Assembly (NCBI GenBank): GCA_001661245.1
Contig: KV454017.1
Location: 62,001 to 126,000, forward strand
Reading direction: 5' to 3'
Source of the DNA: Pachysolen tannophilus NRRL Y-2460
Lineage: Eukaryota
DNA length: 64,000 nt
The notes under the pieces: model-generated
What the model saw: only the letters and a program-made list of their open reading frames with translations
Databases searched by the model: none
Told to the model about the DNA's origin: nothing
In this document: positions 32,293 through 45,249 of the stretch, in pieces
Layout of the letters: each line of letters starts with the position of its first letter
Numbering within the stretch: the first letter of the stretch is position 1
Position numbers and translations under genes: made by a program

Positions 32293-34269
32293 ATGGGCTT
32301 GGGGATTTTAGAGCCGAAGGTCCATAGAGACCAAATCACTGGAACGATTATTATGCTACGTCATGAAGAGGAAGATACTGAAGATGCTGTTTCACAACAG
32401 GAGACGGAGAAAAATGATGATGCTGATGATATCGATTCTAATTCCGAAGCTAAATTTGGAAGTTATGGTCCTGGAAATGCTCGTAGAAATAGTACTGCAA
32501 GTGCAGCAACTTTGAAAACTACAAAAGATGGTATAATATTAAATCCACAACCTCATGATAATCCAAATGACCCTTTGAATCTGCCGATTTGGAGAAGAGA
32601 TTTGGCACTTTTGGTTATTGGATTTCATTCATTTGTTGGAGGAGGTCAAACACCTATATTGGCAGCTGGGTTGTCATCGATAGAATCTGAATTTGATGTT
32701 AGCAGTTCAACTGGTTCTTATTTGGTTGGTGCTTTTATGTTAGCTCTTGGATTTGGCTCTTTGTTTGCTTCACCAACTGCACTTTTATATGGGAAAAGAG
32801 TTGTTTATTTGGTTGGGATTATTATCGCTATAGGAGGTGCCATATGGGCCGCTTGTGCAAAAAGTTTTGGCTCTCTTATGGGTTCAAGAGTATTAATGGG
32901 TATAGGATTTTCTCCTACAGAATCTTTACCTTCAGCTACTATTGCTGAAATTTATTTTGCTCATGAAAGAGCTTACAGATTAGGTATATACACTTTTTTA
33001 CTTTTGGGTGGTAAAAATCTTGTACCAATGTTAAGTGCATTTGTTTTTCAAAATTTATCCAGGCACTGGTTGTTTTGGATTTTAACTATTTTCTTGGGAT
33101 TCAACTTAACAGCAACTTTCTTATTTGTACCAGAAACTTTTTGGGATAGAACACCAATTCCAGATAAACGTTCTCAGGAGGAAACAAGAGCAGCAAAAGA
33201 ATACGAAGAAGCACATTTAAAAGAATCGGGTGAAGAACATCCACGTCATAGACCAAATTCATTTGCTATTATTAATGAAAATGGTAGTAACAGAGACCTT
33301 GATCATGACCATAGTTTTAGCCGTATTAACGATGTTAGTGCTATTAATGAGACGGTTTCTGTTATTCCTTCTTTAGAATCGTCGTTACTGAATAATGATG
33401 ATATTGCACCAAAGCAATATGTTTTGCCTAATAATGCTGAAAAAATTGAAGAAAATAATTTAGCTACAGACTTTTCACAACCAATCAAACGTAAATCATA
33501 CCTGGAAACTTTAAACATATTATCAGGTCGCCATACTGTTGATAAATGGTGGATGGTTTTTTTACGTCCATTTGTATTATATTTGTACCCTTCAGTTTTA
33601 TTTGGTGCTTTAGTGTATTCGTTTGCCATTGTATGGTTAATTTTAATTTCAGAAACAATTTCTAAATTGTTCAGTGAATCTCCTTATGACTACTCACAAA
33701 TTATTATTGGTCTTTTTTACGTTTCTCCATTTATCGGCTGTGCGTTGGGATCAATTGTTGCTGGAAAGTTTTCTGACTTTTTAGTTAGAAAGTTGGTTGC
33801 TAAAAATAATGGTACTTATGAACCGGAATTTAGACTAGTCATGATTATTCCAGTAGTGATTTCCATATGTATTGGATTAATGGGGTTTGGATGGTCAATT
33901 CAGAACAAAGACTTATGGATTGTTCCAGTAATTTTCTTTGGTGTCTTGGGTTTTGGAAGTTCATTAGCTTCTACAACTGCAATTACTTATACCGTGGATA
34001 GTTATAGAATTTTTGCTACAGAAGCGTTGGTTTCTTTAAATTTTTCCAAGAATCTCTTGGGTTTTATCTTTTCTTTATTCAACACATCTTTTGTTCTGGC
34101 AAGAGGTGTTAGAACTGCATTCTTAACGTTTGGTGGAGTACAAATCTTCATTTGCTTATTTGCAATACCGTTGTACATACACGGTAAACGTTGTAGAGCA
34201 TGGACAGATGATAGGGAGTTTATGAAATGGCTTTATGTGAGATATAAACCGAATAACACCAAAAAATAA
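32293..34269 (+). CDS. MFS transporter, Hol1-like (DHA1-related)
   Basis: PQPHDNPNDPLN, YGKRVVYL, IAEIYFAHERAYRLGIY, FVPETFW, NNGTYEPEFRL; about 12 hydrophobic segments. Confidence 0.85.
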   Translation: MGLGILEPKVHRDQITGTIIMLRHEEEDTEDAVSQQETEKNDDADDIDSNSEAKFGSYGPGNARRNSTASAATLKTTKDGIILNPQPHDNPNDPLNLPIWRRDLALLVIGFHSFVGGGQTPILAAGLSSIESEFDVSSSTGSYLVGAFMLALGFGSLFASPTALLYGKRVVYLVGIIIAIGGAIWAACAKSFGSLMGSRVLMGIGFSPTESLPSATIAEIYFAHERAYRLGIYTFLLLGGKNLVPMLSAFVFQNLSRHWLFWILTIFLGFNLTATFLFVPETFWDRTPIPDKRSQEETRAAKEYEEAHLKESGEEHPRHRPNSFAIINENGSNRDLDHDHSFSRINDVSAINETVSVIPSLESSLLNNDDIAPKQYVLPNNAEKIEENNLATDFSQPIKRKSYLETLNILSGRHTVDKWWMVFLRPFVLYLYPSVLFGALVYSFAIVWLILISETISKLFSESPYDYSQIIIGLFYVSPFIGCALGSIVAGKFSDFLVRKLVAKNNGTYEPEFRLVMIIPVVISICIGLMGFGWSIQNKDLWIVPVIFFGVLGFGSSLASTTAITYTVDSYRIFATEALVSLNFSKNLLGFIFSLFNTSFVLARGVRTAFLTFGGVQIFICLFAIPLYIHGKRCRAWTDDREFMKWLYVRYKPNNTKK

Positions 34270-34482
34270 GGTAACCTGAAAAATGAAGATGAAGCTGGTC
34301 TTGTCATCGCCATTGTCGTTGTCGTCGCCATTGTCGGTGTCGGTGTCGTCGTTGTATATTTTTGTAATTTTTCCACTACCAATTAGTACCTTTTTAAGCT
34401 AAAATGAAATAATTTTTTATAAATTCTTTTTATCTGTGTACGAGAGTAGAGATATTTAGTTTCCATAGCATATAATAGAGCA

Positions 34483-36069
34483 ATGTCAGAAAGGGAGCCA
34501 TTAATGGTTTCTGAGAACCCTTTTGAAAACGAGCTCACAGGGACACTTAGTCGTGTTTCCAAGAAGAGTGGTAATAATAACGGTAGTGGTAGTAATGGTG
34601 GAAGCAACGTCAATAAAGCCACACAACAACAGACAAAAAATTTCAAGACGAAAACTTTTGATAATAAATTAGCAGGACCACAAAGAAGAACCACTCAGAA
34701 GTTGAAATTATTACCAACAGAAAGTCATGGAACTAATAGTGATGATTTGGAGAGTCACATGGGGAATAATATTCATGAAAACTCTGTTTATTCTCAAGTT
34801 GGAAGAATAAAAGAAACTCCTGCTAGAAAAGATGCTGAGAGATTAGGTAAGAAACATAGATCATTATTACCAAGAGTTACTGCATATTGTACATGTGGTT
34901 CTTACAAGATGAAGGACTTAGTAAGGTGGTTGAAAGATAGAAAGAGAATCCATGGTACTTCACCAAAATTATTTGATGAATGTTTATACACACCTTTTAC
35001 CTATAAAGATTGGAGGAACAATAATAACAATAACAACACTGGTAGCAGAAGCAATAGTAATGATCACCTTGGCTCTCAGAAAAGGACAAGGACAAGTTCT
35101 AATTCAATTATAGATAAAAGTAGTACTTCAGATGAGGCTAATAATGAATTCATTAGATTAGATGACGAAGGAGGAGAAATAGACGTTGGTTCAAGAAACT
35201 CCGATGCATTCATATTTGATTATGGAGTTGTAGTACTATGGGGTTTCACTGTAAAAGAAGAAAAATCTTTTTTATTAGAGTTGGAAAGATTTGAAAATGA
35301 AAAATTAGCTGATGAAGATATTCAAATTGAAGAGTTTAATTATTATGTTACTAAAAGTTATCAACCTAGAATTTATAATGATTTTATTACTTTGAGAGAC
35401 GATTCAAATTATATGTTGAAGTTATCTATATCTCATGCCGCCGCTCAATCAGTTAAAATATCTTTATTCGAAGAATTAGTAGATAATACTATTGAAGATA
35501 CCCTGGATATTCCTCAAGAAATTGCATACTCGGGGAAAGTTGGAATGACCAGAGAAGAGATTATGAAAAGTATTGGAGAGTTATTTATTTTGAGAATTAA
35601 TATCAATTTGCATGGTTCTGTTTTAGATTTACCAGAGTTAATGTGGGCAGAGCCTCATTTAGAACCGATTTATCAAGCTACAAGGGGTTACCTTGAAATA
35701 AATCAAAGAGTAGCTTTGCTTAACCAAAGATTAGAAGTCATATCTGATTTATTGCAAATGTTGAAGGAGCAATTGGGACATACAAATGGTGAGTATTTAT
35801 TCAACGTGACAACAACAGATGGAAAACTAGTCAAAAGAAGAAATTTACTAACCTTTATTTTTTTTTTTTCTCTGTACCTTTAGATGAGCATCTTGAATTC
35901 ATAGTGATTGTTTTAATTGGAGTCGAAGTCATAGTTTCTATTATTAATGTAAGTATTTATCATTTCAATTAAGAAAATTTTGTTGGTTTTGAAGATCAAA
36001 TGTTTTTGACATACTAACATACAATTTTTTACAATGAAGATTGTTGTGGATATTATTGCTGATGTTTAA
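34483..36069 (+). CDS. RMD1: Rmd1 (DUF155) protein; exons 34483-35788, 35884-35948, 36040-36069
   Basis: GPQRRTTQKLKLLP, LPRVTAYCT, FDYGVVVLWGF, YLEINQRVALLNQRL; two 3' introns restore the C-terminal GHTNDEHLEFIVIVLIGVEVIVSIINIVVDIIADV. Confidence 0.92.
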
Positions 36070-36331
36070 CTTTTCGGATGATTTCTAATTTAATATCTTA
36101 CGATATGAAAAGGGATTTTTCGTTATTTTTGCTTTCTCTATTCAAGAAATTTATTTGTAAAGGAAATAAAATTAAATTTTTGTCAACTACATTTGTAAAT
36201 ATTATAATAAACGTATATAATACCCTGCTTTATTTTTAATTAAAGTTATAAACTAATATACAATTCGAAAGACCCCATTCATACATAAATTCTTGAAATT
36301 TTTTGTTTTTTGTAAGAATTTGATACTCAAC

Positions 36332-36727
36332 TTATAATTCTTGGGAAGCCTTAACTTTACCAGATTTCTTTGGTAATAAGTTTTGGTGAATGTTTGGTAA
36401 GACACCACCTTGAGCAATGGTGACATGACCTAACAATTTGTTTAATTCTTCATCATTTCTGATGGCTAATTGCAAGTGTCTTGGGATAATTCTAGATTTC
36501 TTGTTATCTCTAGCAGCATTACCAGCTAATTCTAAAATTTCAGCAGCTAAATATTCCAAAACTGAAGTTAAGTAAACTGGAGCACCAGAACCAATTCTTT
36601 GAGCATAGTTACCCTTTCTCAATAATCTATGAACTCTACCGACTGGGAATGTTAAACCAGCTTTGGCCGATCTTGAAGTTGAAGCTTTGGCTGATGAACC
36701 GGCTTTACCACCTTTACCACCTGACAT
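36332..36727 (-). CDS. HTA2: Histone H2A (SQEL C-terminus)
   Basis: [27 protein letters not shown]...KASQEL; divergent from H2B. Confidence 0.98.
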   Translation of the reverse strand: MSGGKGGKAGSSAKASTSRSAKAGLTFPVGRVHRLLRKGNYAQRIGSGAPVYLTSVLEYLAAEILELAGNAARDNKKSRIIPRHLQLAIRNDEELNKLLGHVTIAQGGVLPNIHQNLLPKKSGKVKASQEL

Positions 36728-36994
36728 TTTTAATAGTGTATAGTATTTATATGTTAATTTAAAAAACTAAGAATAGTTATGAAGAAAAAACAATACAAAA
36801 AAAGAAAAAAAAGGAAAGAAAAAAAGGGAAAAAAAAGAAGAAAAGGAAATTACCACCATCCACACTGACCAGGAAATCCAAATCCATTTATACAAACACC
36901 AATCACCATTGCTTCGATGTCATTATAATAGTTCTGTAACTGAAAAATTAATGTGTGTAAATTTGAGAATGTCAACAAAAACAATGCATAAATC

Positions 36995-37001
36995 TTTCGC
37001 G
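36995..37001 (-). promoter_or_regulatory. SCB-like element (CGCGAAA) in the divergent histone promoter
   Basis: TTTCGCG on + strand, midway between the H2A and H2B starts. Confidence 0.35.
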
Positions 37002-37238
37002 TTTTTTTATGTTTTTGTATGTTTTCTAGTATTGAGCCGCAGTGTAAATTCCAGTATATGTCAACAAACAGCGACAACAACAACAATATCAGCAAAACAC
37101 GGTGAATAATCTTGGAAAGCATATAAGAATGAAGATATCCTTCGGCAGTTTAGGTAACCTTTTTGTATTTTCTTTTACCTTTTTGTTTATTTTGTTATCA
37201 AATTTAACTAATTTTAACTTACAAATAATCAATTAACA

Positions 37239-37619
37239 ATGGCACCAAAAGCTGAAAAGAAACCTGCTTCAAAAGCACCAGCCGCTAAGAAGACTGCTGC
37301 ATCTTCTGAACCAAAAAAGAGAAACAAGGCTAGAAAGGAGACTTACTCTTCTTACATTTACAAAGTCTTGAAACAAACTCACCCAGATACCGGTATCTCC
37401 CAAAAAGCTATGTCAATCATGAACTCTTTTGTTAACGATATCTTTGAAAGAATTGCTTCAGAAGCTTCTAAATTAGCTGCTTACAACAAGAAATCAACCA
37501 TCTCAGCTAGAGAAATTCAAACTGCCGTCAGATTAATCTTACCAGGTGAATTAGCTAAACATGCTGTCTCAGAAGGTACTCGTGCTGTTACTAAATACTC
37601 ATCTTCCACTTCTGCTTAA
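37239..37619 (+). CDS. HTB2: Histone H2B
   Basis: [42 protein letters not shown]...[18 protein letters not shown]. Confidence 0.98.
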   Translation: MAPKAEKKPASKAPAAKKTAASSEPKKRNKARKETYSSYIYKVLKQTHPDTGISQKAMSIMNSFVNDIFERIASEASKLAAYNKKSTISAREIQTAVRLILPGELAKHAVSEGTRAVTKYSSSTSA

Positions 37620-40600
37620 GTTTTATAAGATGATAATTTAGGTGCAATTTAAGGGGTATATTTCTGTTGTGTATATTAGAATTTTATATAATGAAGGTTT
37701 GAATATTTGAAAAACAAACTTAGTAGATTAAAGGACCGACTCTCCCAATAAACAGTAGATTCGTTGTAGTCTGTAATGCAATTACCTTTCTTCATTATAT
37801 ATACACACTTACAAGTATATACATATATAAAGGTAGTGCAAAATATCTTTATTATCTCATATGCATATTTTAAGATCAATCTTAAACTAATATTGTGCAT
37901 ATAAAAACATACAATAGCTCTTTTCAACCGCAAGATCATTATTCAGTTTATTTGCCATTAACAAAAAGAACCGAAAACTTCTAAGAACCAATTGACATCT
38001 TTGAAAGTTTCTCTTACTTTACCTCAATAGCCAAACCTTTCTACTTTTTAGTTTGAAACTTTCAAACGACTTTTTTTTTTTTTAACTGTAATTAATATTT
38101 TATCTATCTTTTCTCTTATACATCTTTTTCTTCTTTGACTAATTTCAAAATCACCTCTGCAAGCTATAAATGAACATATTTGAGGAGTAAATGTAAACTC
38201 ATTTTCGAAAATATTTTCTAAACATTTGGATACTTCTCTAAATCCTTTGGAAAGGAAAGAATTTTAGTTATTAGGATTTTTGAAAAGAAGCACATTATAG
38301 ATTGTATAAAACTGAACTTTAGGGAATATTCTCCTAACTTTAATTCGACTCGCTGATTCTTAAACAAAATTGGATATCTATCGATTTCACAATTAGTTAA
38401 ATTACCTCAATCTTCTTTCTCGACATCAATGCCTTCTGTATCGATGAGACACAGTAGAAGTAATAACTTTTTTTTTTTATTATCACTATAATCAATCCAT
38501 TACACAAACTACATAACTTCTTCCTGATTATTTCATAGGAGAGGCATTTTAAGAAGTATAGATTCCAATCCACTTTTACTTCTTCAAATACAAATCCACA
38601 TCTACCGCAAGAAAGTTTTTCAAATAAAATTGCTTCATGCAACATTATTTTCATTAAAAGCAATATAACAATAAAGTACTAAAGTTTAACTTTTGTGCAA
38701 CTTTTAGATTTCTATATCAAAATTGTTAAAGGTCCAGTAGAATACTACCAATATTTCGTTTAGCGTATACCCCACCTTCTTGATAAACCTATGAATAAAC
38801 TTATAGACGGCACCACTTAGATTACTAGCATTGTTACAAGGAGAGAAACCACTTAGTACTTTCAAGTTATATATGCTCATTTAAAACAATTACTTCGTAA
38901 ATTTTCGAACTTAAGTCTTACAACTAATTACAACTAAATACCTTAAAAACAGCATCATCAACTTATTTCTATATTTCCTCTTGCAACAAAATCCACTCAA
39001 TGCAATTGAAAGCTTACAATCTTTTTGCTGGGAAAAGGAAAAATCTCTGAGCATCAGGAACTAAACGAATACAATTAGTTTTAGTTGTGAAACTGGAACT
39101 TTGTCATTTAGGATTATCTAAGTTTATTTTTCTTTTTTTTAAAAAAAGACAAGAATACAAATGAAATAAACCGAAAACAATTCTTAGATAACTAATATGT
39201 TTTCTTCGATTTCTGCTTTGTATTTTGTTTCTAAATAATGATAACTGTTAAGTGTAATTGAGACAACCACTAAACCACAAAAGACGAATTTTGCTAATTA
39301 TTTTTATCTATTTTAACCTTTGCTTCTAACCCTTTTCCCAAACCCAAGTAGTGTAATTCTAGACAAAAGACATAATATTTTAATTAAAGTATTCACGCAT
39401 CATGTTTGATAACTATTTGAGGAGGTTGCATCTCGAATATTTTCAAAATCTAATATATATTGAAATATAACAAATTGTTAGTCAAATTTAACTACTACTA
39501 CTACATGCGTAGGTGAATTTTTTTTAAATGAATCAGTAACCTACAGATAAATTCTATTTGTCTGATAAGAAAAATCCTTTTGAAGGTTAAATCTTTAATT
39601 TCCAAAAACCAAAACAAAAGTAGACTTATAAAATCAGTTATAATCAACCGAAAGTTTTTCAAATAATGGACTAATATATATATCTCCACCGTATTTGCTT
39701 TGCTTCAACTGTTAATCCGCATTAATTCTCAGATTTGAATATAATCATGTTTATCTTAATTGTATGGAGAAAAATTTCTTTTCAATGAATGCCAGACTCA
39801 TAAAATCATTATTATACATTTATAACGTTCAAAAACAAGTGACTTTCACTTTTTTAAAATCCACTTTAAACAGAAGGCTAAAGTTGGACAAGCGTATATT
39901 TCACTTTTCGTTACAATTCTCTCCTACAATCAACCTTCGATAGGTAACAGTTAAATAGTTACTGTTTCTAAAGATTCTTTATTCTATTTTTCTTATTCTC
40001 CATTTTTGTTCATAGATAACAGAACTTGCGTATAAAAGAACCCAGTTACTAGTCATTCATTCATCATATCTTGACTATCAGCTAACTGGAATCCTTCATG
40101 ATTACTATCTAGACTAAAAATTCGTCTTCACTGGTTTACGAAAAAAGATATTAGTTTACACATTAGCTTTGTCAAGGGGTGTTTTTCGTTTCACTTCCCA
40201 AATAATTCAAAAGATAATAACTTTTAAGAATAAGCAATGCAGCCATATAAAACAAGAATATAAAATGAAATTAAGCGTAAACTTATAGTTGATTAAGGTA
40301 AACTCATGCATTTAATAATTTTCTCTTCTGACATGGAAGGGGTTTCTTTGATTTTTCTATAGCGTGATACCGTTTCTCTCAACATCCTAGTTTTTCCAGT
40401 ACTGAAATATCAATAACTAAAAATAATATTATAAAAGAAAAACACACATTATACTAGTATCTGTAGTTAAGGATTAAAATTCAGGAACTTTGTTATGCAT
40501 CACCTCAACTATTCTACAATTAGAATGTACCTTGTCAATCAAAAATAGTTTAGGAAAAAATCAGACATAGATTACCGATAATTCAATTTTAATTTCTATT

Positions 40601-43600
40601 TTGCTGATTACCGAGCATTTAGCTACTGTTACAATCAGTTTCAGACTATTTAATATGAGATGATACCAGAAACATCTACCTAAGCAAATCGTGACAGTTG
40701 TTTTGAAATCGTTTGTCGAGGAATATAGACTTATAACTTATAGTTACCGACTTCGTTGGTTTTCACTTGTCAAATGGTTCAACTTATTATTAGTATTCTT
40801 TTTTTTTTTTTCTAAAAACGAAGTTAAGAGTTGATGAATTTTTAATCTTTGTCCGCTGCAGCAGGTCCAAAGAGAAAAACTTTGTCAATCATTTTCTGAA
40901 GCCAGATATATACATATATATGTATAAAGTTTTGAAAATTAAATCTCCTTTTGCCAGACAACACTACTAACCTGTAAGACAGTCCAAAAACAATCCATAT
41001 TTAGCATGAATATTAAATGCTAAAGTGATATTAAAATGTACTCCATTTTCAAAAGTAAGGTTGAAGTCTTACCTTGCAACTACAGCTTGCAATTGCAAAA
41101 AAAGGAAACCGAGCGAAGCAATAATGTGATGTTCACCTCCAAGACAAACATAAAACTCTTCAATTCTAAGACTGAAGAGACACGATCTTACTAGTTGACT
41201 CTCGAAATTGTGTGATGTGGTAATGTAGAATTTGTCACTAAAGGTCAGTTTAAGAACTTATTTTTTGGATTGCCGATGTAGGTTAATTCCATCCCACTAT
41301 TGAAACACGAAAATAAATTTGTAATTACAATTTAATGAGCTTTAATTGACATCAAACTAAATTATATAAAAATCATGACAAAAGAAATTATGCTGGAATA
41401 ATTGTTAGGAAACCGCTTTAGCCGCCATCACTTATAAAAGACACAACTCTGGAAACATTGATTGCAGCGATCTCGTACATGGCATTTCAGAGTACAAAGG
41501 TTGAGTTTAGTTATCTGTTATAATTTTTTAGGAAGGCATAATTCACAACTGGTTAGGTGCACATACATTTCGAAAAAAATGAACTTAAAAAAAAGTAAAA
41601 CTATAATAAATACTGTAGGAAAATCTTTGCACAAGCAGCTGTTTGATACATTTAAGAACTTCACACAAGCTCTCTTACGTTTTCTGAATAGCAGCAGTCT
41701 TTCTTTTAATTTTAATTGTATTGAAATAACTTTAACAAACGGAATTAGTTATTTTGCGAAATGAAATATCTTGAGTTTGCACTGCTTTTATCCCACTTCT
41801 GTAATATTCTATCACACTTCTTTAAGGAAGATTTAAAAATAAAATATCTCAATCTTAATACAGATTTAGTTTCCTTAAGTATTGTTCTCCGGAAGTTTTT
41901 ATGTTATTATGCGGTATCTTATGCAGTGCAACCGTTCAATCGTATGAAGCAGGACAAACTTCTGAATTTACATTGAATAGCAAGATTCGAAGGTGATTAA
42001 CTTGTACGCTATCAAGTAATTTGAACATCTAAATTTTTGCTCGTGCAGTCAGTATACCCCTTTTCCAACTGAAACGTTAAAAGAAAGAATAGAAAGCATC
42101 TAAGGCCTTGCTGATATTAGTGTCTGTTTTTTGCCAAATAGTAGTTGTTGCAGGTACATCCTTTTAGAGAAATAATCCACAGGTCAGAGTATAAATTATA
42201 TACGATTAAACGCCATCTAAGGGAACAATAAACCGTTCCATAAATGGATACCGATTTGTTTTTATGTCAGTATTTGAGTAATACTGTTAGAAAAACTTAG
42301 CTCAACTCAATCCTCCTTATTTCAAATGATGAAATGAAAAGAATTAAATAATAGTTCTGTAACCCCTGGGCTGCAATTCAAGAATTGAAAGTATTGGATC
42401 TTCAGATGAGAAGAAGCACTTATTTCTCCTTGCAGAAGAAATTTATTTTAAGAGAATATAAAGACGATTAAAATAATATGCTTTTTTATAATAAACAACA
42501 TGTATATGGGCTCCTAACCACTAATGATTATTTTATTGTTGTTCATCATTAAGTGTTATACAGACCTATTATTAAAATTGTGTTTCAGTCATTCTTGGAA
42601 GTTCAAAAGCAGGAGATTCTGAAATCTTTTTGTCAGATATTTGTTGTAAAATCTTTTGAAGCAAAACCAGGTTGCAGTTCATTAGATAAATGCTGAACAT
42701 ACATTTTTTTCCTGGAAACTCATCCTACTTCTGAGGTTGGAGTTCGTTGTATAAAAAGCTTAAGAAATATTCATCACCTGGATGATCAACTAATTTCTTA
42801 AAAAATAAACCAGATAAGATTGAAGGGCTACAGAGATCAGTTATGATCTTAAATTAGCATTTGAAAAAAGGGAAAAAGATTTGGAAACATGTAATGTTGA
42901 TGATTCCTTAACGTTATTTTGATGACACCTCGTTTTACCCCGTTATTGAAAACTGTATAGCTTTGAAAATGAATTAAAAACATGTTGAACTCTATATCGT
43001 AATTAAGTGTAAATTTATCAAGAGAAAGATAGTGTTTAATCAAGTAAGGACATTACTAGTAAATACTTTTAAGTTTGATGTAGTAAGAATTATATTGTTT
43101 TGTAAAATCATACCCCTTTTGTTTGAGCCTCGTACCTTATGTCATGGGTTTAATGAAAGGCTATTTAAATTTCCTATAAGTATTTTGATTCAATAAAATG
43201 GAAGGAGATTAATTATCCAAAGACAAAACCACAGCAAATGTTTTAAAAAAAAGATTTTTATCTTTACGCATCGTAGGTCACTAAAGTTTTAACTGAATGA
43301 TGCATATTTGGCATTTTTCTATAACAAAGTAATCAGAACTAAAATTGTAAGTATAAGGAGAAAAACTTAATTTGGAGCTTTAAGTATCTTTTCTGTTTTT
43401 GAAGAGTCAGATCTTGTATTAAAGAGTCTTAATGATAAATATCACACTATGATGTCAAGAAACTCAAAAGCTATTAACACCAAAAGGCTTCAAAAAGGGA
43501 GAGTTTTGTTTAGGATTACCAGCTTGTAAAGAATTTTAAAGACTTTTGTTTAAAAGATATTGAATTTTTAGTTAAATTTCGAATATAGTGAACAGCTAAA

Positions 43601-45249
43601 TGCAAGGCAGTCAAAGAACGTTTACTTCTGTTATAATGATTCAAATAAAGGGGTGCAGATTAATTGTTTTCACAAAAAATCTATACGAGTCAATTAGTTT
43701 TATTGATAACCTCAAAATTGAGTAACCGTAAGAAATAGCCATAAGTCGATAAAGGACTAAGCCAACTGATTGCACTTTCGAAAGTATTTCAGTTGACATT
43801 GATTAGAATTTCAGTAATTAGGGATTCTCAATTTAAACTTTTTGGGATTGAGAATTATTACAAGTATAATAGGGTCCTGTGTCTCTCTTTACTTGGATAT
43901 AAATGTATACAAATATCTACCCAAATTTGAAAAGCATATTTTAAATTTTACGAGAAATCCATCACGTCAAAAATCAATGTTGTTACTCAGTCAGTCCTGT
44001 TTCCCTGTTAAGTAAAACCAGATTACAAAATATTATGCATCACTGATATAAATGAACTTTTAACCTTGCAATTACTAGAAATTTTTTTCTCTTCTATGAG
44101 AGAAAGCTAAATCATTTGAATTAAAAGATTAAATAATTTATTATTAAAATTGACAACAACAAACTGTTGTATGAATCGAAGTCATTATTTGTTTCTTAGA
44201 AGTTAGATAATACCCTCTTTTAGGATTCAAATTTATATTAAGGTTATTCGTTTCCTAAGATTAATATAGGTTTGAATTTGGAATTCTTATTTTTAAGTTC
44301 TATCATTTCTATATTTGCATGTAAGATATCTTTATGGTTAACTAGATTTTATTAAAAGAATTTATTAAGAACCATTCTAATGCTTACCTCCCCATTCTGT
44401 AATTTTAGGACATTTAAGTAATACTTTCGAAGTTCTGTCGACTATTGGATTAGAAACTTGCTACTATGAATGATTTTTTAATGTGATAAATACCGCACCA
44501 ATGTTAACAGTTGCTGTCGTCTCATTTCCCTTAAAATTAATATTTTAAAAACAAATTTAGTATCGAAGGAAGAAGTGAGTACATTTCAAAATAGGCGACT
44601 TAAGAACTGTTTTGCAAGGACGGTTGGACTTTTCATAACTAATGGTGCTGGGGTTGTATGCCAATAGAGAACCACTAAATCTATATGTAAAGTAAAAGAT
44701 TCCAAAAATATCAGGGTCTAAGGTAAAAACGGCCCCATAAATTGCGGCTGTTTTGAGTAAACCCCTATTCAATACGAATTTAGTTTTGAAAGATGGAACA
44801 AAAAAAACCCTTTATCAAGTTCTGACCACTATTAGTTTTTAATTGCATTAAAAAAAAGATATAATACTACTAATAGTGATCTAGCGATTTTAAAATTGTG
44901 ATTTTAAAATTTCGGTTCTCTTGTTCAAGTTCATCGGTACACTTTCCCCAATTGTAGTAGTATAAGCTATAACGTACTTGGAGATTATGGTGCAAGCTCT
45001 TGGCATTTTACTTCAATCGAATTTGTTTACAGTGTTCCTGGTATTCTTTGATTTAGTTTGTGATAAAACATTTATGACTACTACCAGTTCTTTAAAAATA
45101 TGGGAGTTCTTTTTCATTCTGTATCGCTCGATTTGTATATATAGTTATAATAAACAATAACCAAGAGATCAATTTATAACTGTAAAATCTAGTAAACTTA
45201 CAATTTCCTATACTTCTATATAATCATAATCAATTAACTGAAAACATTT
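37620..45249. other. ~7.6 kb gene-free block; candidate regional centromere
   Basis: No ORF over 100 aa and none recognisable; lies between two converging 3' ends; other intergenic spacers in the window are at most ~1.5 kb; flanked by orthologues of centromere-adjacent genes. Confidence 0.65.

Noticed and set aside
41462..41976. 100-aa and 71-aa ORFs in the desert
   Set aside because: No recognisable motifs, one has a non-ATG start, and lengths are near chance level.
44400..45200. Possible long ncRNA (for example telomerase RNA) in the slightly GC-richer right end of the desert
   Set aside because: No template, Sm site or structure I can support from sequence alone.
37620..45249. Komagataella-type long inverted repeat, point-centromere CDEI-II-III, or intact Ty/LTR element
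   Set aside because: By eye no matching arms, no CDEI/CDEIII arrangement, no TG..CA LTR pair and no RT/integrase motifs; a dot-plot is needed to exclude weak similarity.
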